In this document: piece by piece, positions 10,959 to 24,619 of the stretch | Numbering within the stretch: the first letter of the stretch is position 1 | Layout: each line of letters starts with the position of its first letter | From: Podarcis tiliguerta | Taxonomy: Eukaryota | Length of the DNA: 64,000 nt | Strand: one strand, 5' to 3' | Assembly: GCA_965153285.1 (NCBI GenBank) | Contig: OZ229112.1 | Position numbers and translations under genes: made by a program | The notes under the pieces: model-generated | Database searches by the model: none | What the model was told of the DNA's origin: nothing | The model's input: the letters and a program-made list of their open reading frames with translations, nothing else

Positions 10959-13581
10959 CCCAAACCAGCTGCTGCTGTAGCTTTTAATGAGTGAATGCAG
11001 GGAAGTGGTTAATATAGTACAGTACAGAGTTTGTTGCAACACATACACAAGGTCCACCATTTCTCTTCCTAATTCTCCAATTCAGAAGAAAATAAAGGCA
11101 AAACGATTAAATAAAAGTAGATACTTATCACAGAAAGAGATTCACACAGTGTCCATTGCTGCTTGCGTGCAATCTCTCTCTCTCTTGGTCACAAAACAAA
11201 TACAACAAAACAACAAAAGCTCCTCAAAGTAAGAAACATGCCCTGTTGCTTCTCTGATTACCAGAACATGAGATGTGGACTTCAAGGAAACAACTCTGAG
11301 CATGCTCAGAACAGATGTATGATTCAGATAGGCCCTATTAGAGACCAGTAGGGCTATTCTTCAAGCAGTCCTACCTAGTCTGATGTTGTGGCTGGCAGGT
11401 CTGTGCAGAGTTTGTCTCAGGACCAGGTTGGGACTTTTATGCACTCAAACAAAAAAGCAGCTGGTCCCTGGCAGGTCCCCCAGCCAGTTTAGCCCTCTGT
11501 GACCCAGGGCAAGTGTCCTGGCTGCCCCACCTCCTGCATGGGCTTGCTGGCTGGTTGGTCATTATAACAACAGGGAGAAGTGGGAAACTGCAGAATATGG
11601 GCAGAATAGGCAGCCATCCTAATATTCAAATTTCACATGGCTTTTCTGCCCAGAGAGACACATGGGAAGGACCTTGTTGCCATAGTAATACTTTTGGATT
11701 AGGATCAGCTGACTGGTGCAGGGAGCTGATTACCCAGAGAACAGACGATTGGGATAAATGTCTCCAGGAGTTTTTCTCTCAGTTCAAAAAGAGGTATTAA
11801 ATGGGGGCGGGGACAGGAAAGAGTAGGCAGCTTTGAGATTTTGGGGGATTTTAAAATATATATTTTATTTTTTTAAAAAACCTCCTGGCACTTTCCATGG
11901 GAGCACTGTGTCCCTGTAGCCTCAGTGCATAAGCATCAACTGACAGTAAAGTACACTCAGCTGTTGAACACTGTTGGCAGGGAAGGAGACAAACATGCCA
12001 GCTGGTGTGTGTATATGTGTGTTTGCAAGAGCTATGAGCTGAATGACCTGAGAATTTCAGCAGGGATATTTCCACAGCCATCCTCAAATGGCCACACAAT
12101 GCTGATTCCCAGATGGAAACAGAACAGGAGGGCAGTTGAATTATGAGCCAATATAGGTGTGAAGAACTGGCTAGTTATGGCACTGCACAAACATTAAAAT
12201 ACAACTGTTAGCTTCTTCTCAGTTTCTTTTCTTTTGTAAAATGGGCCTGCTCCCCCCCCCCTTTTTCTTCCCTTCCCATTAATCTTAGTTACCTTTGCTT
12301 CTGTGGTAAGGTTGCCTTTTCCCCAAGTGGGAGAAAGATTTAGGAGCCTTCTGAAGACTCAGCTCTCTTTTGTGGGACAAGAATTGGACACTTGGGCTTT
12401 TCCATAAACCTGTTTATGCATCAATTTACAGGTTAAATAGAAGAACTTGCCAGCTAAGGCAGGTTGCAATTCCTCTGATATATAGTCATTACTGTTGAAG
12501 ATGCCATGAACGTCTGTAAAGAAATGATTTCAACTGAAGCTGATCAACATTTTGCAGCTTGTTCAATTAACTTTGCTGGCCTCTGTTGAGGCTTAGGGAG
12601 AAGTAGTGATATACAAGATTATTTCATTCCTTTTTATTATTAAAAACTTCATTCATTTCATTGCTCATTTGTAAGGGGGCTTCATTTTGGTTCCTTATAC
12701 ATTAAAGTTACCGTACATTCATTTCACTACATACATTCACTTTTGTTCCTTTTGTTTCTTTTTTTCTTTCCTAGTTTTATTTTTCTAGTTTTAATATGCC
12801 AGAGCAAGTGCAATGTCTAGGGCATCTGGAAAAATAACATGGCTGTCTGGGAGCTACCACTGAAATTAGCTCCACTACAACTAAAACAAAGCAGAGACCC
12901 CAGCTTGAAATAAGCACTGCATGGTGTAACGAAAACAAACAGCACTGGTGCCCATTTGTTATTGATACAATTAATTGAGTAATGAATAGAAAATGAACTG
13001 AATGGGGCCCATTGGTTTCAAGTTTTAATTCATTATGAAATAAATACACAAGCTGATTTCACACCTACGGCCGCTACCCACTCCTTGCTAACCCACATTT
13101 TCAATCTATTGTTTAAGTAAAATGAACATCGATTCAGCTAGTTTGTAAATTTCATTATTGCTTTATGCTTCTCCTTTGCTTTGTTTCTCCCAGTTATTAA
13201 GGAACTAAAACAGTGCAGAGACAAGAGGAACTGGATATATTTTATTTATCTTATAAAAGTACTGTATACCCGGTTTTCTTTATAAATGTGGTATACTCGA
13301 CATAGTATATAAAGAAGTTTAAAATAATTTGCTAAAATCGATTTCTTAAATTAAAACCAAGAACAAGGTAAAACAAGTAAGCATAAAAACAAGGAGACAA
13401 AAGGTTAAACGACACTAAAGCTGGGTGGGAACAATAGTATTAGCCGCTCAAACATTAAAATGCTGAGGGTCAACCAAACCTTTCTAGGGAGGGAGTTCCA
13501 TAGCACTGGTGCTGCAGTGAGCAAGATGCAATACAGGGCCAGTTGGGGATGGGAGGGGGCACTCATCCTATATCTCTAGTT

Positions 13582-13830
13582 CATGCGTAGGCAAACTAAG
13601 GCCCGGGGGCCGAATCCGGCCCAATCACCTTCTAAATCCAGCCCGCAGACAGTCCCAGAATCAGCATGTTTTTACATGAGTAGAATGTGTCCTTTTATTT
13701 AAAATGCATCTCTGGGTTATTTGTGGGGCATAGGAATTTGTTCATTTTCCCCCCAAAGTATAGTCCGGCCCCCACAAGGTCTGAGGGATAGTGGACCAGC
13801 CCCCTGCTGAAAAAGTTTGCTGACCCCCTG
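13582..13830. mobile_element. hAT (Charlie-like) MITE with perfect 8-bp TSD CTCTAGTT
   Basis: Termini catgcgtaggcaaact...agtttgctgaccccctg; ctctagtt at 13574-13581 and 13831-13838. Confidence 0.92.
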
Positions 13831-15684
13831 CTCTAGTTGATTCCAAAAGATGCTGCCAGGGGACTTCTGGTGATCCAGAGTGACACTCAGTATACTACCT
13901 TGTTCCTCATGCTGTTTAACATATAAACACACTGCTAGGAGAATTTATACTGGGATTTGGGTGTTAGCTGTCTTCAAAATATGGATGGTATGCAGTTCTA
14001 ACTTTCCCATTTAACTGATGCCAAGGAAGTAGTGGAAGTTTTGAGCCAGTATGTGAATGCATAATACCTTGGATGAAGGCTAACGAGCTCAGTAAGTTCT
14101 CTTGCAAATAACAGAGGAGCACATCAGTCTCTCCCTTAGGTAGACCAGTCTGGAGGTAAAAAGGAAAGAGAAAAAAAGGAAATGAAGGGGGGCGGGAATC
14201 ATAAAGAACTTGGATTTGTTTGGGACTTTCTTGGGATCTAATTGACATTAAAACACTTTCCCATTGCATACGATGAGGGAATTGTTTTATACTCATTCCC
14301 CAAGCGAAAGAACCCAAATGAATAGAGAGGAGTTTCTTCTCCCATTGTCTAAAACCTTTCACTTGCTCCAAATATGTCAAAAAATCTGTCAGCAGTAGCA
14401 TTATTATCCTGATGCGAATGTGCCTGCAACTAGACAGCCGCTGGTCTGTGACACATTTCCCATGCGGAGGCTCCCCCCCCCCCCACTTTCTGGCATTTCA
14501 GCAATACACTCATGTGTTTTGATACAACACTAAGCTTGCAGTTGATGGTGGTGTGCTTGAAAGGGAATTTTTAATTTCTTGCTGATGGCAACTGCCTTAT
14601 TAATGTATTTGCCCTGTGTTCTTTAAGCTTTACAAATTAATGGCTATTAATTCGGGGGGGGGGGGGGGACGGGACCTCCCAAAGAAGTTCAGAGTTACCT
14701 CCAGTCTTGGAGGGAGGCCCACCAGGAAAAAAATGGTTGGAGATAATAGGAGGGAGGAATATATGCGTGTTTTAGTACTCTCTCCTGCTATGCCCATGTT
14801 ATGCTTTAAACTGCCTCATTCCCTCACTTTATTAGAATTCAGTGACAACTCTGTTCTAACACAGGGGTAGGCTAATCTATATATGGAAGATCCATTTATA
14901 GTTCAAAACAGTTGCAGGGCTGCTAATCTTTTTGGGCTCAACTGTTTCCCACTAAGTCATTTCCCTAATCAAGATTATTCTACAATGCTGCTATTAGCTG
15001 CTGTACTAGGAAAATATGATATAAATTGTATTGATTGTATTCCAGATGTATTTTGTCTGGCCCAAAAAGCCTGACTTCAGATACTCTGAATCACATTGTT
15101 CCAGTTTACTCCTCATAGAACCATTTCTGCCTTGTAATAACAATCTGTTCATGTATAAGCCTACATGTTAACAGTCTAACATTTTGCTACTCAAATGAGG
15201 AACACACAACTAAAAGAGTCCTTCTACTTGTCATCTGTATCATATTTTTTTTTTATAATTATGAAGTAAGGAACAAGTTCATATATCGATTACAGATCCT
15301 GAGAAATGAGGCTTTAAAAATAGCCATAATATTTAAATTCATTTTGATCCTCCCCCCGCCCCCACAAGCTGGGCTTGTTTGTATGACACTCCAATTGAAT
15401 TTTATGGTTTTAATATATTTTTGTATGTTTCTAATTTGTTGTCAACTTGTTTGGAATTTTTGTAAACTGCAAATTTTACTGAAAGTGAATGCAAACCCTT
15501 TAAAACCAAATAATAAATAAATAATTTGCTGGGCCTGGACCAGAAAGGGAGCCGGTGATCCAGTTTTAAAGTCCTGACATTCACCTGTTTAATGCAAGAT
15601 CCTGACCTAGTACAAGAGGAATGCCACCATCTATTGTTTTGCTAACTTTGATGCAGAAAAGTCCTGGTGTTTATGGTCTCTATA

Positions 15685-15964
15685 CAGTGGTACCTCTGGT
15701 TGCAAATGGGATCCGTTCCGGAGGCCCATTTGCAACATGAAAAGAGTGCAACCCGCAGCGGCACGTCTGCGCATGCACGGGTTGCACTGCGCATGCACGG
15801 GTTGCACTTCGGTGCTTCTGTGCATGCGCATGACATCATTTTGCGCTTCTGCGCATGCGTGAGTGGCGAAAGCCGGAAGTAACCCTTTCCGGTACTTCTG
15901 GGTCACCGCGGGACATAACCTGAAAGAACGTAACATGAAGCAAACGTAACATGAGGTATGACTG
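15685..15964. mobile_element. Tc1/mariner (Tigger/pogo-like) MITE, TA TSD
   Basis: TA|cagtggtacctc...gaggtatgactg|TA; CpG-rich; internal 20-bp tandem duplication at 15767-15806. Confidence 0.92.
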
Positions 15965-16817
15965 TACTTTGGAGGACGCCGTGACTGTTCAAAGTGGTAC
16001 CCTCGTGTTTTAAATGCGTGGTGTGAATGTGGCCTTAGTATTAAGAAGCTGGTAATTTGAGGACTTGCCCTAAGGTCACAAGATCAAGACCTAGAAACTG
16101 AAGCACAAGTTTGTCTTGGAGGCTCTGGAGAGCACAGCTGTTTCAAGCCCTTCCTCTTGTTTTGTCTTGTGTACCCAGAGCCATTACATGGGTCAGAAGT
16201 GCACTGAATCCACTGGAAGCAGTTTTCTGAACATACAACTAGAAGCTGTCGGAGTCACGCCCAGAGGAAGCAATAAGGCCTTTGTAAGTGCTGCTTTTTA
16301 TATTCTTATAAACATGGGCATGTTACAACCACCATCAAGCCTGTAGCTGCCAGGGGATATATTGCAGATAACTTGAAAATGTTTATTTAGACTTCCTTGG
16401 GAGGAAGGGTAGGATATAACGTTAATAGATATATAAAATAAATAATAACCTTTGTCTGGCAGCAGAGGGGCTGGCTGAAAAATAGGGAACCATTTGCAAG
16501 GTAGTCTGGATTGTGCAGTTTGGTTTCAGCCGAACTGCTTTCTGGTCTCCCAAATTAGTTGCAGTTCTCAAACGCTACTTGGAAGCCACAGAGTGCTGCC
16601 CCACTGCCAGACAGACGCAGTCAGCCTGCAGAGAGGAGTTTCTGATATGTTCCTTCTACATCCCTCCTAAAAGCAATGCTATCGAGAGTAAAATAGAGAA
16701 CCTGGTAAGGTCATTCCCTAGAATTGTCAATCACAAAGCAGCATCCACTCTCTGTGGCCTCTTTCTCCTCCTTTTGGCCTGAAATGCACAATCTTTAGCA
16801 TATGTATGAAGGAGTAA

Positions 16818-17027
16818 TATTTATTTATTTTGCCAATTAATTTTTATTAAGTTTCCAATTAAAAAAACAAATGAACAAATTTAAGAAATCTCAGATTAGC
16901 AATTTAAAAATTTCAAATTAATGTCCAGTTTAATATATCCTTAGAGATTGACTTCCTACCCATACCTCCACGGTGTTTATATTTTGCACTCTTTCCTACT
17001 GTGTTATACAAAGAGACTTATATATTA
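16818..17027 (-). mobile_element. Short retroposed insertion (probably an L1-like 3' end) with 14-bp TSD
   Basis: gtatgaaggagtaa at 16804-16817 and 17028-17041; T-rich tail and tttatt (minus-strand AATAAA) at the left edge. Confidence 0.75.
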
Positions 17028-19219
17028 GTATGAAGGAGTAAATGTAATCACATAGATAGCTTGAGGGAGGTACAAAAATGTATGAAATTGGGCCATAAAA
17101 AAATAAAATACCCTTCTGAGGTGGTTCTGGAGTTTGGGAACTAGCTTGTTTTGCCTTGGATTCAAGTTGCGTCAGATTCTGAGGAAGTTCTCAGAAGTGG
17201 GCATATTCTTCTCGAACCTCTGCTTCGTGCAAGGTGCAAAACAACACTGTAGCAAATGAGAAGCAGATTTGCGCAGACTCTGCTATCCTCTGAGAAGAGG
17301 ATGTTTTCCAAAGGTTTATTAATGAAACTGTAAGAATAATGAAGCAGAATGACAGAATGCAAACTGTTGAAGAGAGACTAAGCTGTGTATGGTCTTAGTA
17401 AGTAACTCCCAGCAGCACTCTTAAAATGACTTATTGGTTAATTGAATCAGTCTATCATCTTTTGGTGACAGCATCAATTTGCAGACTTTTTGGTGTGTGC
17501 GGCACCGTCAGAGTTACCAGTATAAAAGCACATCAGGGTAAAATGAAGTATGGAATGCATTAATCTGAAAGTACACATGTGTATAATTTCTTTTATGTCA
17601 GATAGTGTGGGATTCAATTATGTAACTAAAAAGCACTGTTGGCTATATTGCCGTTTTCCCCAGTTTTTAGTGTTTAGGATTCTGAAGTGAGCTGACAGAA
17701 GGAAGTGCACTCCTGGGTTAAGAGTCAGAAATCAGGCTGCCAACATTTTTTCCTGGCCCCTAATAAGTTGGAATTTAGCAAGAGCGTGCAGACAGAATGA
17801 TGTAGAAAGCTCGTTGTTTTCCTAACCTACAGAAAGAGCCTAGCAGCCAAGTCTGAGGTTTATTTTGCTTCCCATGATTATGAATTGTGTTGTTCAGTTT
17901 GGGAAATTGATCTCCCTGCTTCTTTCCTTTTTGATATAAATGTTTCTTTATGGCAGGATTCGCCCTTTCTGCCTGCTGTAATAAGGCTCAAAAGAAGCCT
18001 TCTATTGTTGCCATTGACATTGGTTATACCCATGACAGTTTCTCCAGTTAGCAAATGTGCACACAGCCCCAGAAAGGTTGTCAACCCCTACGTTATTATA
18101 AAGATTATACTTTCTCAATACAGACCTTGATGCCTAGTTTTCACTAAGGCCGTAAACCTGGTTTTTACGAACACCACTTTGGGCTGAGAAGGGTCCACAT
18201 GGCTAAATGCTCTGTCATGCAACAACGAAATTATGAACATGGAAGACTAGTTATCAGAGAAATGTCTAGGCTAGCATCCTTTATTACCCAGGACTCTAGT
18301 TATCTGCCACATTTCTCTGCCTGCCTAAAATGTACCACTTCCCCTGACCTTAGATCTCTTGTGAGTTTTTTCTGCACTTCCCCCTGATTGGCCCTTCTTT
18401 CCTCAGTTCATCGTCTTTTCCATTCCTGTCTTTATTTTATTTATAAGAGTATTTGAAATATGTCAACTCATAAAGAAACAAATATGGTAGTGTTTTCTTA
18501 GGTCTCAACCTCTTCCACCTTGCTCTCTCAAATGGCCCAGCTGCGTATGATGTTGCTCATGTTTCTAGAATAGTGTGCTTAAGTCGCCTATTTTTATTCC
18601 ACCCTCCTTCGTTATTTGCCTCCAAAAGGTACTGTTTTCTGCAGATAGCAGCCAGGGAGGCGTGAAGTTTAGCCCTCAGATTCCTGTTTCTTAGCAACTG
18701 GAACCTGAAGTTCATCACTGCCTTGGCTCACTTCCTGAGACACCCTGCCTCCAGGCTTCCTGTTAATTTCCCTGTTACCTGGATCCTTTTTCAACTCAGT
18801 ATTTCAGGTCTGCTGCCCCACAGCTCCTCCTGTCTTTAAGCTTCATGTGGGCTTCAGTCCAAGACCAAGTGCTTTACAACTGCCATATTTTGGCAAGAAA
18901 AGCTGCTTTCTCAAGCACCTTGAAAGCCACCAAACATGGCAGGTGAGTACCATTCAATTGGAAAAGTCACAAGCTGTGCAGGACTGAGTTTTGCTTGAAA
19001 TTCCAAAACATCAAATCAGTTTAGTCAACTGGCGCTGAAGGCTTTTATTGCAGCTATGATAAATTCTGCAGTGTATTAAATCTACATTTGCTTTCTCTGT
19101 TTTGATGTTGTACTGAAGGTCAGCATTGTCTAGTTTTATTGGAAAAATTAGGCGGAGGTTTGCTTGATTGTAGAGGTTAGGATTTAGAATGATTTTTATA
19201 ATTTGAATTCAGCTATTAA

Positions 19220-19902
19220 AATCATGGAATCATAGAGTTGGAAGGGGTGCTGAGAGTCATTTAGCTCAACCTCCTGCCATGCAGGAAGCTCAGTAAAAGC
19301 ATCCATGACAGCCATCCAACCTTTGCTTATAAACCTCCATTGAAGGGAGTCCTTCACTGTCAAACAGCTCTTGCCATCAGAAAGTTGGCATCTCCTTTCT
19401 TGTAGCTTAAAGCCATTGGTTTGGGTCCTACCCTCTGGAGCAGGAGAAAACAAGCTGTCTGCACCTTCCATAAGACAGCCCTTTAGATATTTGAAGATGG
19501 CTAGCCTATCATATCTCTTCTCAGTCTCCTCTTTACCAGATTAAACAACATAATTCTCTCCCTTGGTTTCCAGACCCTTGAATATCTTGGTTGCCCCCCT
19601 CTGCACATATTCCAGCTTGGACATAGTACTCTTGAGTGCGGTCTGTCAGAAGCAGAATAGAGCAGTACTATGACTTCCCATGACACTATACTTTTGTTGA
19701 TGCAGCCCAGAATAACATTAGCTTTTTTGCTGCTGCATCACACTGTTGACTCATGTTAAGTTTGTGGTCTACCAAAACTTCTACATGCTGTACTACTAGC
19801 AAACCAGGTATCCTCCATCTTATATTTGTGCAGTTGGTTCTTCCCACCTAAGTGTAGAATCTTATATTTGTCCCTATTGAAAATAATTTTGTTAGTTTTG
19901 GG
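19220..19902 (-). mobile_element. 5'-truncated CR1 LINE (same family as 3721-4895)
   Basis: atcatggaatcatagagttggaagg tail; minus-strand peptides EGRTQTNGFKLQERR and LLYSASDRPH; reverse-complement similarity to about 4370-4750. Confidence 0.92.
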
Positions 19903-20922
19903 AAACAGAAAAGTCCCACAATATATCATCAGTGGTTTAAAATTGATCCCAACAGGTGCAGTGTGTGAAATGGGAGGCTGTGCACTTCATGCTGCCTTAT
20001 TGCTCACAGACATGCATATTTGCTAGGGACAAGAAGCATCCATTCCTTCACAATTTACCTTCTAGAGACCTTGAGAAGAATGGCAATGATAGCAATGCAC
20101 AAAAAGATAAAACATAGGGACAAAAAAGAGTGATTTTTCCAGAGAAAGGAACCAGAACATATGGTAAACAGGGGCAGTTGGAACATACGGTATATTTGCC
20201 AGCTTTTCCTACCGCCTGCCCATGTATTGACATATTTAGGCCATAAGTACCTGGGTAGCTTTGTATTACTATGCTGGCAGGATGCACTGCTACTTTGACA
20301 AGAGATCAAGGATGTCCATCTGACCACGCCTCCTTCTGGACCTCAGACTTACTGGCATAAATTGGTATATTAGTCCAAGGGTAGTTTGTGGTCCCCTCAG
20401 CAAACTTCTTAGGTTAGGTTTTTGCCTATCTCTTAACTACTTTCTACTCTTCCCCCCTTGGACTGTGCAAGGGATGAGTATTTTAAAACCTGAATGAGGA
20501 TTCAGTACTAAAATAGAATATTACTCCCTCTTAACAGGGATTACTTAATGCAGTAGTTAACATTGTTGGCTGCTGTAAACCTATCACATGCTTACTTTCA
20601 CTGATGAGAGAACAAAATAAAAAAGGCATATTCTAAATGACAGAGAGTCTATTACAGTCAGCCTTGTAAAAGTAGCCTTTTAGTGTCAGTAGATAATGAA
20701 AATACCAGTTACCTATGACTGAGTTAAAATGATGTCATGACCTGGCAATTTCTGTTCAGTGCTGACACATCTGTGTGGAGCACAGCTCAAAATTGCCTTC
20801 ATGTAAATATAATAGGATTGTTCCTTTTTGTATTTTTGCTCTTCTCAGAATCTACTGCAATCTATGAAACTTGTGAAAAGCAGCAGGAGTCCATGAAACA
20901 CTTGGAAACCTATATTTTTCCA

Positions 20923-20928
20923 TTTATT
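20923..20928 (-). terminator. Candidate distal polyadenylation signal (AATAAA)
   Basis: Minus strand reads gcattttaaaaaAATAAAtggaaaaatataggtttccaagtgtttc, with U-rich sequence upstream and GU-rich sequence downstream. Confidence 0.5.
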
Positions 20929-23900
20929 TTTTTAAAATGCAAATTACACTAGTTAGTCAAAAAAAAATCCACCTTCTGTTAAAAATACATTCAGAATTAA
21001 CAAATGACTATAAGAAAAAAAGGACATTTGGATTGTTAACACTTGCCTTCTAAATATTTGGATTTATAACAACAACAAAAAGCCCAGTCTAGAAAAATAA
21101 CATTCTTCACTGGATTTTTGAGGAGGATACAGCTGTACAATTCAAACAACAGCATTTCAGATATTCTCACACTACTGTGCTCTAAAACTCTTTCCATAGC
21201 AGATGTGTCCATTAATTTATCCACTGTAGTAGTCAACAGTCTTGAAATTGTTTTGGTGGTAGTGATTTAGCTGCAATGTAAGCAAGTATGAAGGCCTATT
21301 AGTGTGTGTGGGTTTGTGTTTGTATGGCAGCATCAGAAGTGTAGAATTTCCATTGCAACGCCTCAAAATTCTTTGTTTTTGCTTACTCTTGCACTAGGAG
21401 AAGAGGCACTCTAACCTTCTTTCTCCTCTTACAGTCATAGCCGAACCATCTCACTTCTCGAAGTCCATGGTCTTCAGCGACTTTCTCATCTTACCTCCAG
21501 GCAGTAGCAACCCCAGGCGCCTCTGCATGCCAATCCATTTTAAATGTGAGTAGCTTTCTCTTTTCTCTGATCTCTTGCAAAAAAACCAAACCAAAATAAA
21601 ACGCCTCACTGTCATTTTTTCAACTCCATTTCCCCAGGGGCATTGCTAGAGGGAAGAAGCCTGCAATACACCTAGACAAATTCAGGAAAAGAAGTTCTAG
21701 CCAAATATATTCCTATAGGAGGAGAACTCAGTTGGGAGTCCCTTTTATAGTGAAAGCCCATCTCTCGTTGGGACAGCGCCCACACTAAAGCAGAGAAAGT
21801 GGTTCCCTTACCCGACATGCCCTCTCCTACAAGCACTTCTCCTTTCTGGACACTCACTAGTCATACTATTGCGCTGCACTCTGAAAAGCAGCTGGCACTC
21901 GGTGTTAGTGCTGCTATAAGAACAAGTCTGGATCCTTATAAACCCGCACATGAGCTTGAGAAACTTTATATCTTTCATGGAGGCTTTTGCACTAGAGGTG
22001 ATACAGCCCACAGGAAATAAGGGAACATACTTCCCTCTTCTCATTCAGCTTTTTTCTACAGTGGATGCAGTTGTTTTTAAAAACATACAGTAATATTTGG
22101 CAGCGGGGTAGCAGGATACATTCTAGGAAAGTATACCATTTATTTGCAGCAAGATGGCTGTTTCCTAGTAGGCAGGCATGGGAAGCAAAGGTAGAGAAGT
22201 GCCTTCATCCTATAGGCCGATTAAATAGCACTGGCTGGCTAGCTTGCTCATATTTGCTATCACTGAACTGAACCACAAACTTCACAAACATTTCCTGATA
22301 GGGAATTTGAGGGAGCTTGGTGTTGGTACACTCCCATATATATATATGATTATACAAACAGTAAAAATAAACACAATTATTTTTAAAGTAATTAGGCCTT
22401 TATGGTGTTTAGCAAGATCAAACCTATATAAAGCAATGGATTATCCAAAAATTGTGTAGTTAATAGACCAGGAGTCTGAGCTATGGATATGCATTCAGGA
22501 GATCAAATCTACTCCAGAGCCAGAATACATATATAAGTTTGCTGATATGCTGTGCCTATCCCCATAAGTGGAGATAGAATGTCAGTGAGTTGCTGCTTGG
22601 TCAGTGCTGCTGCTTCACTATGTAACATGGTCCACGCTCCTTAACACACCTATGTGAAAAGTAAGGTTAAGGATGCAACACTCCATGCATCATATCCCAG
22701 ACTAATTCCACTGATAGTGAGTGAATGTTAGGTTTACAGTGACTTCTGGTCCGAGCCTAAAATGGCGAACAAGCCAACAAGAATTATAGAGCACCTTGAA
22801 AATCTGCACCAGTGCAGTGTAGATACAATTATGCAACTGCTTAAGAGTAAGTAGGATGCTTGATCTTGCAGGAATACAGTTTTGAAATTGACATGTATTT
22901 TCCACTATACTATGCAGATTTCCTCATAATACAGTTTGGTTACACCCATTCCACTTTAGTTGCTGGAATCTGATTATGTTTATAGTGCATGTCTGTCCTG
23001 TATGCATTGAGATTTATTTTTGTCTGTGACATGTTACATCCATTGAAAGATACAAAAATGTGAGGTGGAGTGAGTTGGACTGGTGTTTCTATAGGAGCAG
23101 ATTTTGAAAGTTGTCATGGGGAATGATGGTTTTTATAGGCCACACAGAATGCAAACATTTGGCAAGTGTAGAAAAACATTGCCTGAAGACGACTTGATGG
23201 GCAATTTGCTAATTTGTAGAAGAACCTCTCCCCCATCAAGTGCCTACAGCTGGAATACCCATGTAAGTTTTAAATAAAGAAATGAGGGCAATTCCGGTTC
23301 CAAAAAATCCTGAGCAAAATATCTCTTCCCATTGAAAAGCCAATGAAGTGGCTGAATATACAGCTCAAATTCAGAACAAACAGACGTTTCTAGGACTCCA
23401 AGAGTATTTCATAAAGACATTGATCTACTAGCAAAGTTTCCAAAGGCATCTTGTTGCCAACTACATAACAGCACAGCTTTTTTTTTCAGCCACAATAATA
23501 CAGAAAGTTAAGATACACATTCTAACACACAACAGATCCCCCAAATATCACAAAAAGGTCTTCAAAAATGTTACCAACGCAACTACTCCCACCCCAACTA
23601 AAAAAACAAAACAAAACCCAGAAAGAAATATCTTATATGCTGCAGGTTTTTCTTTTTTTAAAAAAGCTCACCTACATAGGATTTTCAACTGGAATTAAGT
23701 TATAAAAGAGTAAACATAGTTAATACATATTCAGTTGGCCTCTGCTGATAGAAATAATGCAGACGTCTCTGTCATTAGTAAAAGACATATTTAGAGTCAT
23801 TTATAAAAGCACCTAGAGTGCAGTAAATAAAAACAGTGGGGTTAAGGAGCACTGTTTTTGTTGTTTCTTTACAGTTATTACTTTAGTAAATGTTCCTTTT

Positions 23901-24266
23901 CCCCTCAGCATTTTCCAGCTCCCCAAAGAGCCCAGTTCTGTTAGAAGTATTTTAAAGTGTATTTGCATCCCAGCCCTTCTGGAGACTTAAAGCACCTCTT
24001 CTGTCTGCCAGCGGGTGGTTTTCTTACACAGCCAACTCTGGAACTACTGGGGAGCAGAGTCTATTACCTGACACAGCCTTAGAAATCTTTAACAATTAAT
24101 GAACAGCATGGTTGAGCCTAAAGGAAGTTACTTCAGAAAGTCCACACCGAATTTCTCTGATGTGTAACTTAGGATAGGTTAAGGCAAGTATGTATTATAC
24201 AGCCTTTAGGGCAAACAACTTGCTGTCTATTGACTTCTGTTTCAAGGTCATCATGGTATCGTTAGT

Positions 24267-24272
24267 GTTTAT
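24267..24272 (-). terminator. Candidate proximal polyadenylation signal (AATAAA)
   Basis: Plus strand gtgTTTATTgac, about 350 nt past the stop codon; motif match only. Confidence 0.3.
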
Positions 24273-24619
24273 TGACTAAGAGGACACGGCTCCAGACAGA
24301 ACCAAAATGGATGAGATATGTTTCATAATTCAGAGGCAGGAGCAAAGGGAAGAGAAGGCAGGCAGTGACCAGAAGATGGTGCCACCGCTTCTCCTTCTGA
24401 ACTTTCTGTATAAGAATTTGGAAAATCCAAGATGGGAGAGAAAGGATCTTGTGCATTGCAGTCTGTACTTGTGAGAAAGTGAGGTCTCCGTGTCCCAGCA
24501 TTCTTCTAGTATTATATTTTGAAACAGAAAAGTTAAGACTTCTTTTGCACCCACAGGAGGCCGCGCTGGAATAAGTTCTTTGACTAGTCCTTCGACCCCA
24601 ACCACAGACTTTGTTTTGT

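Larger units (their letters stand above)
20900..24619 (-). other. NKAIN2: NKAIN2 3' UTR (distal end inferred)
   Basis: Follows the stop codon; U-rich on the minus strand and apparently free of recognisable repeats. The end is inferred from AATAAA at 20923-20928 followed by a GU-rich stretch. Confidence 0.6.
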
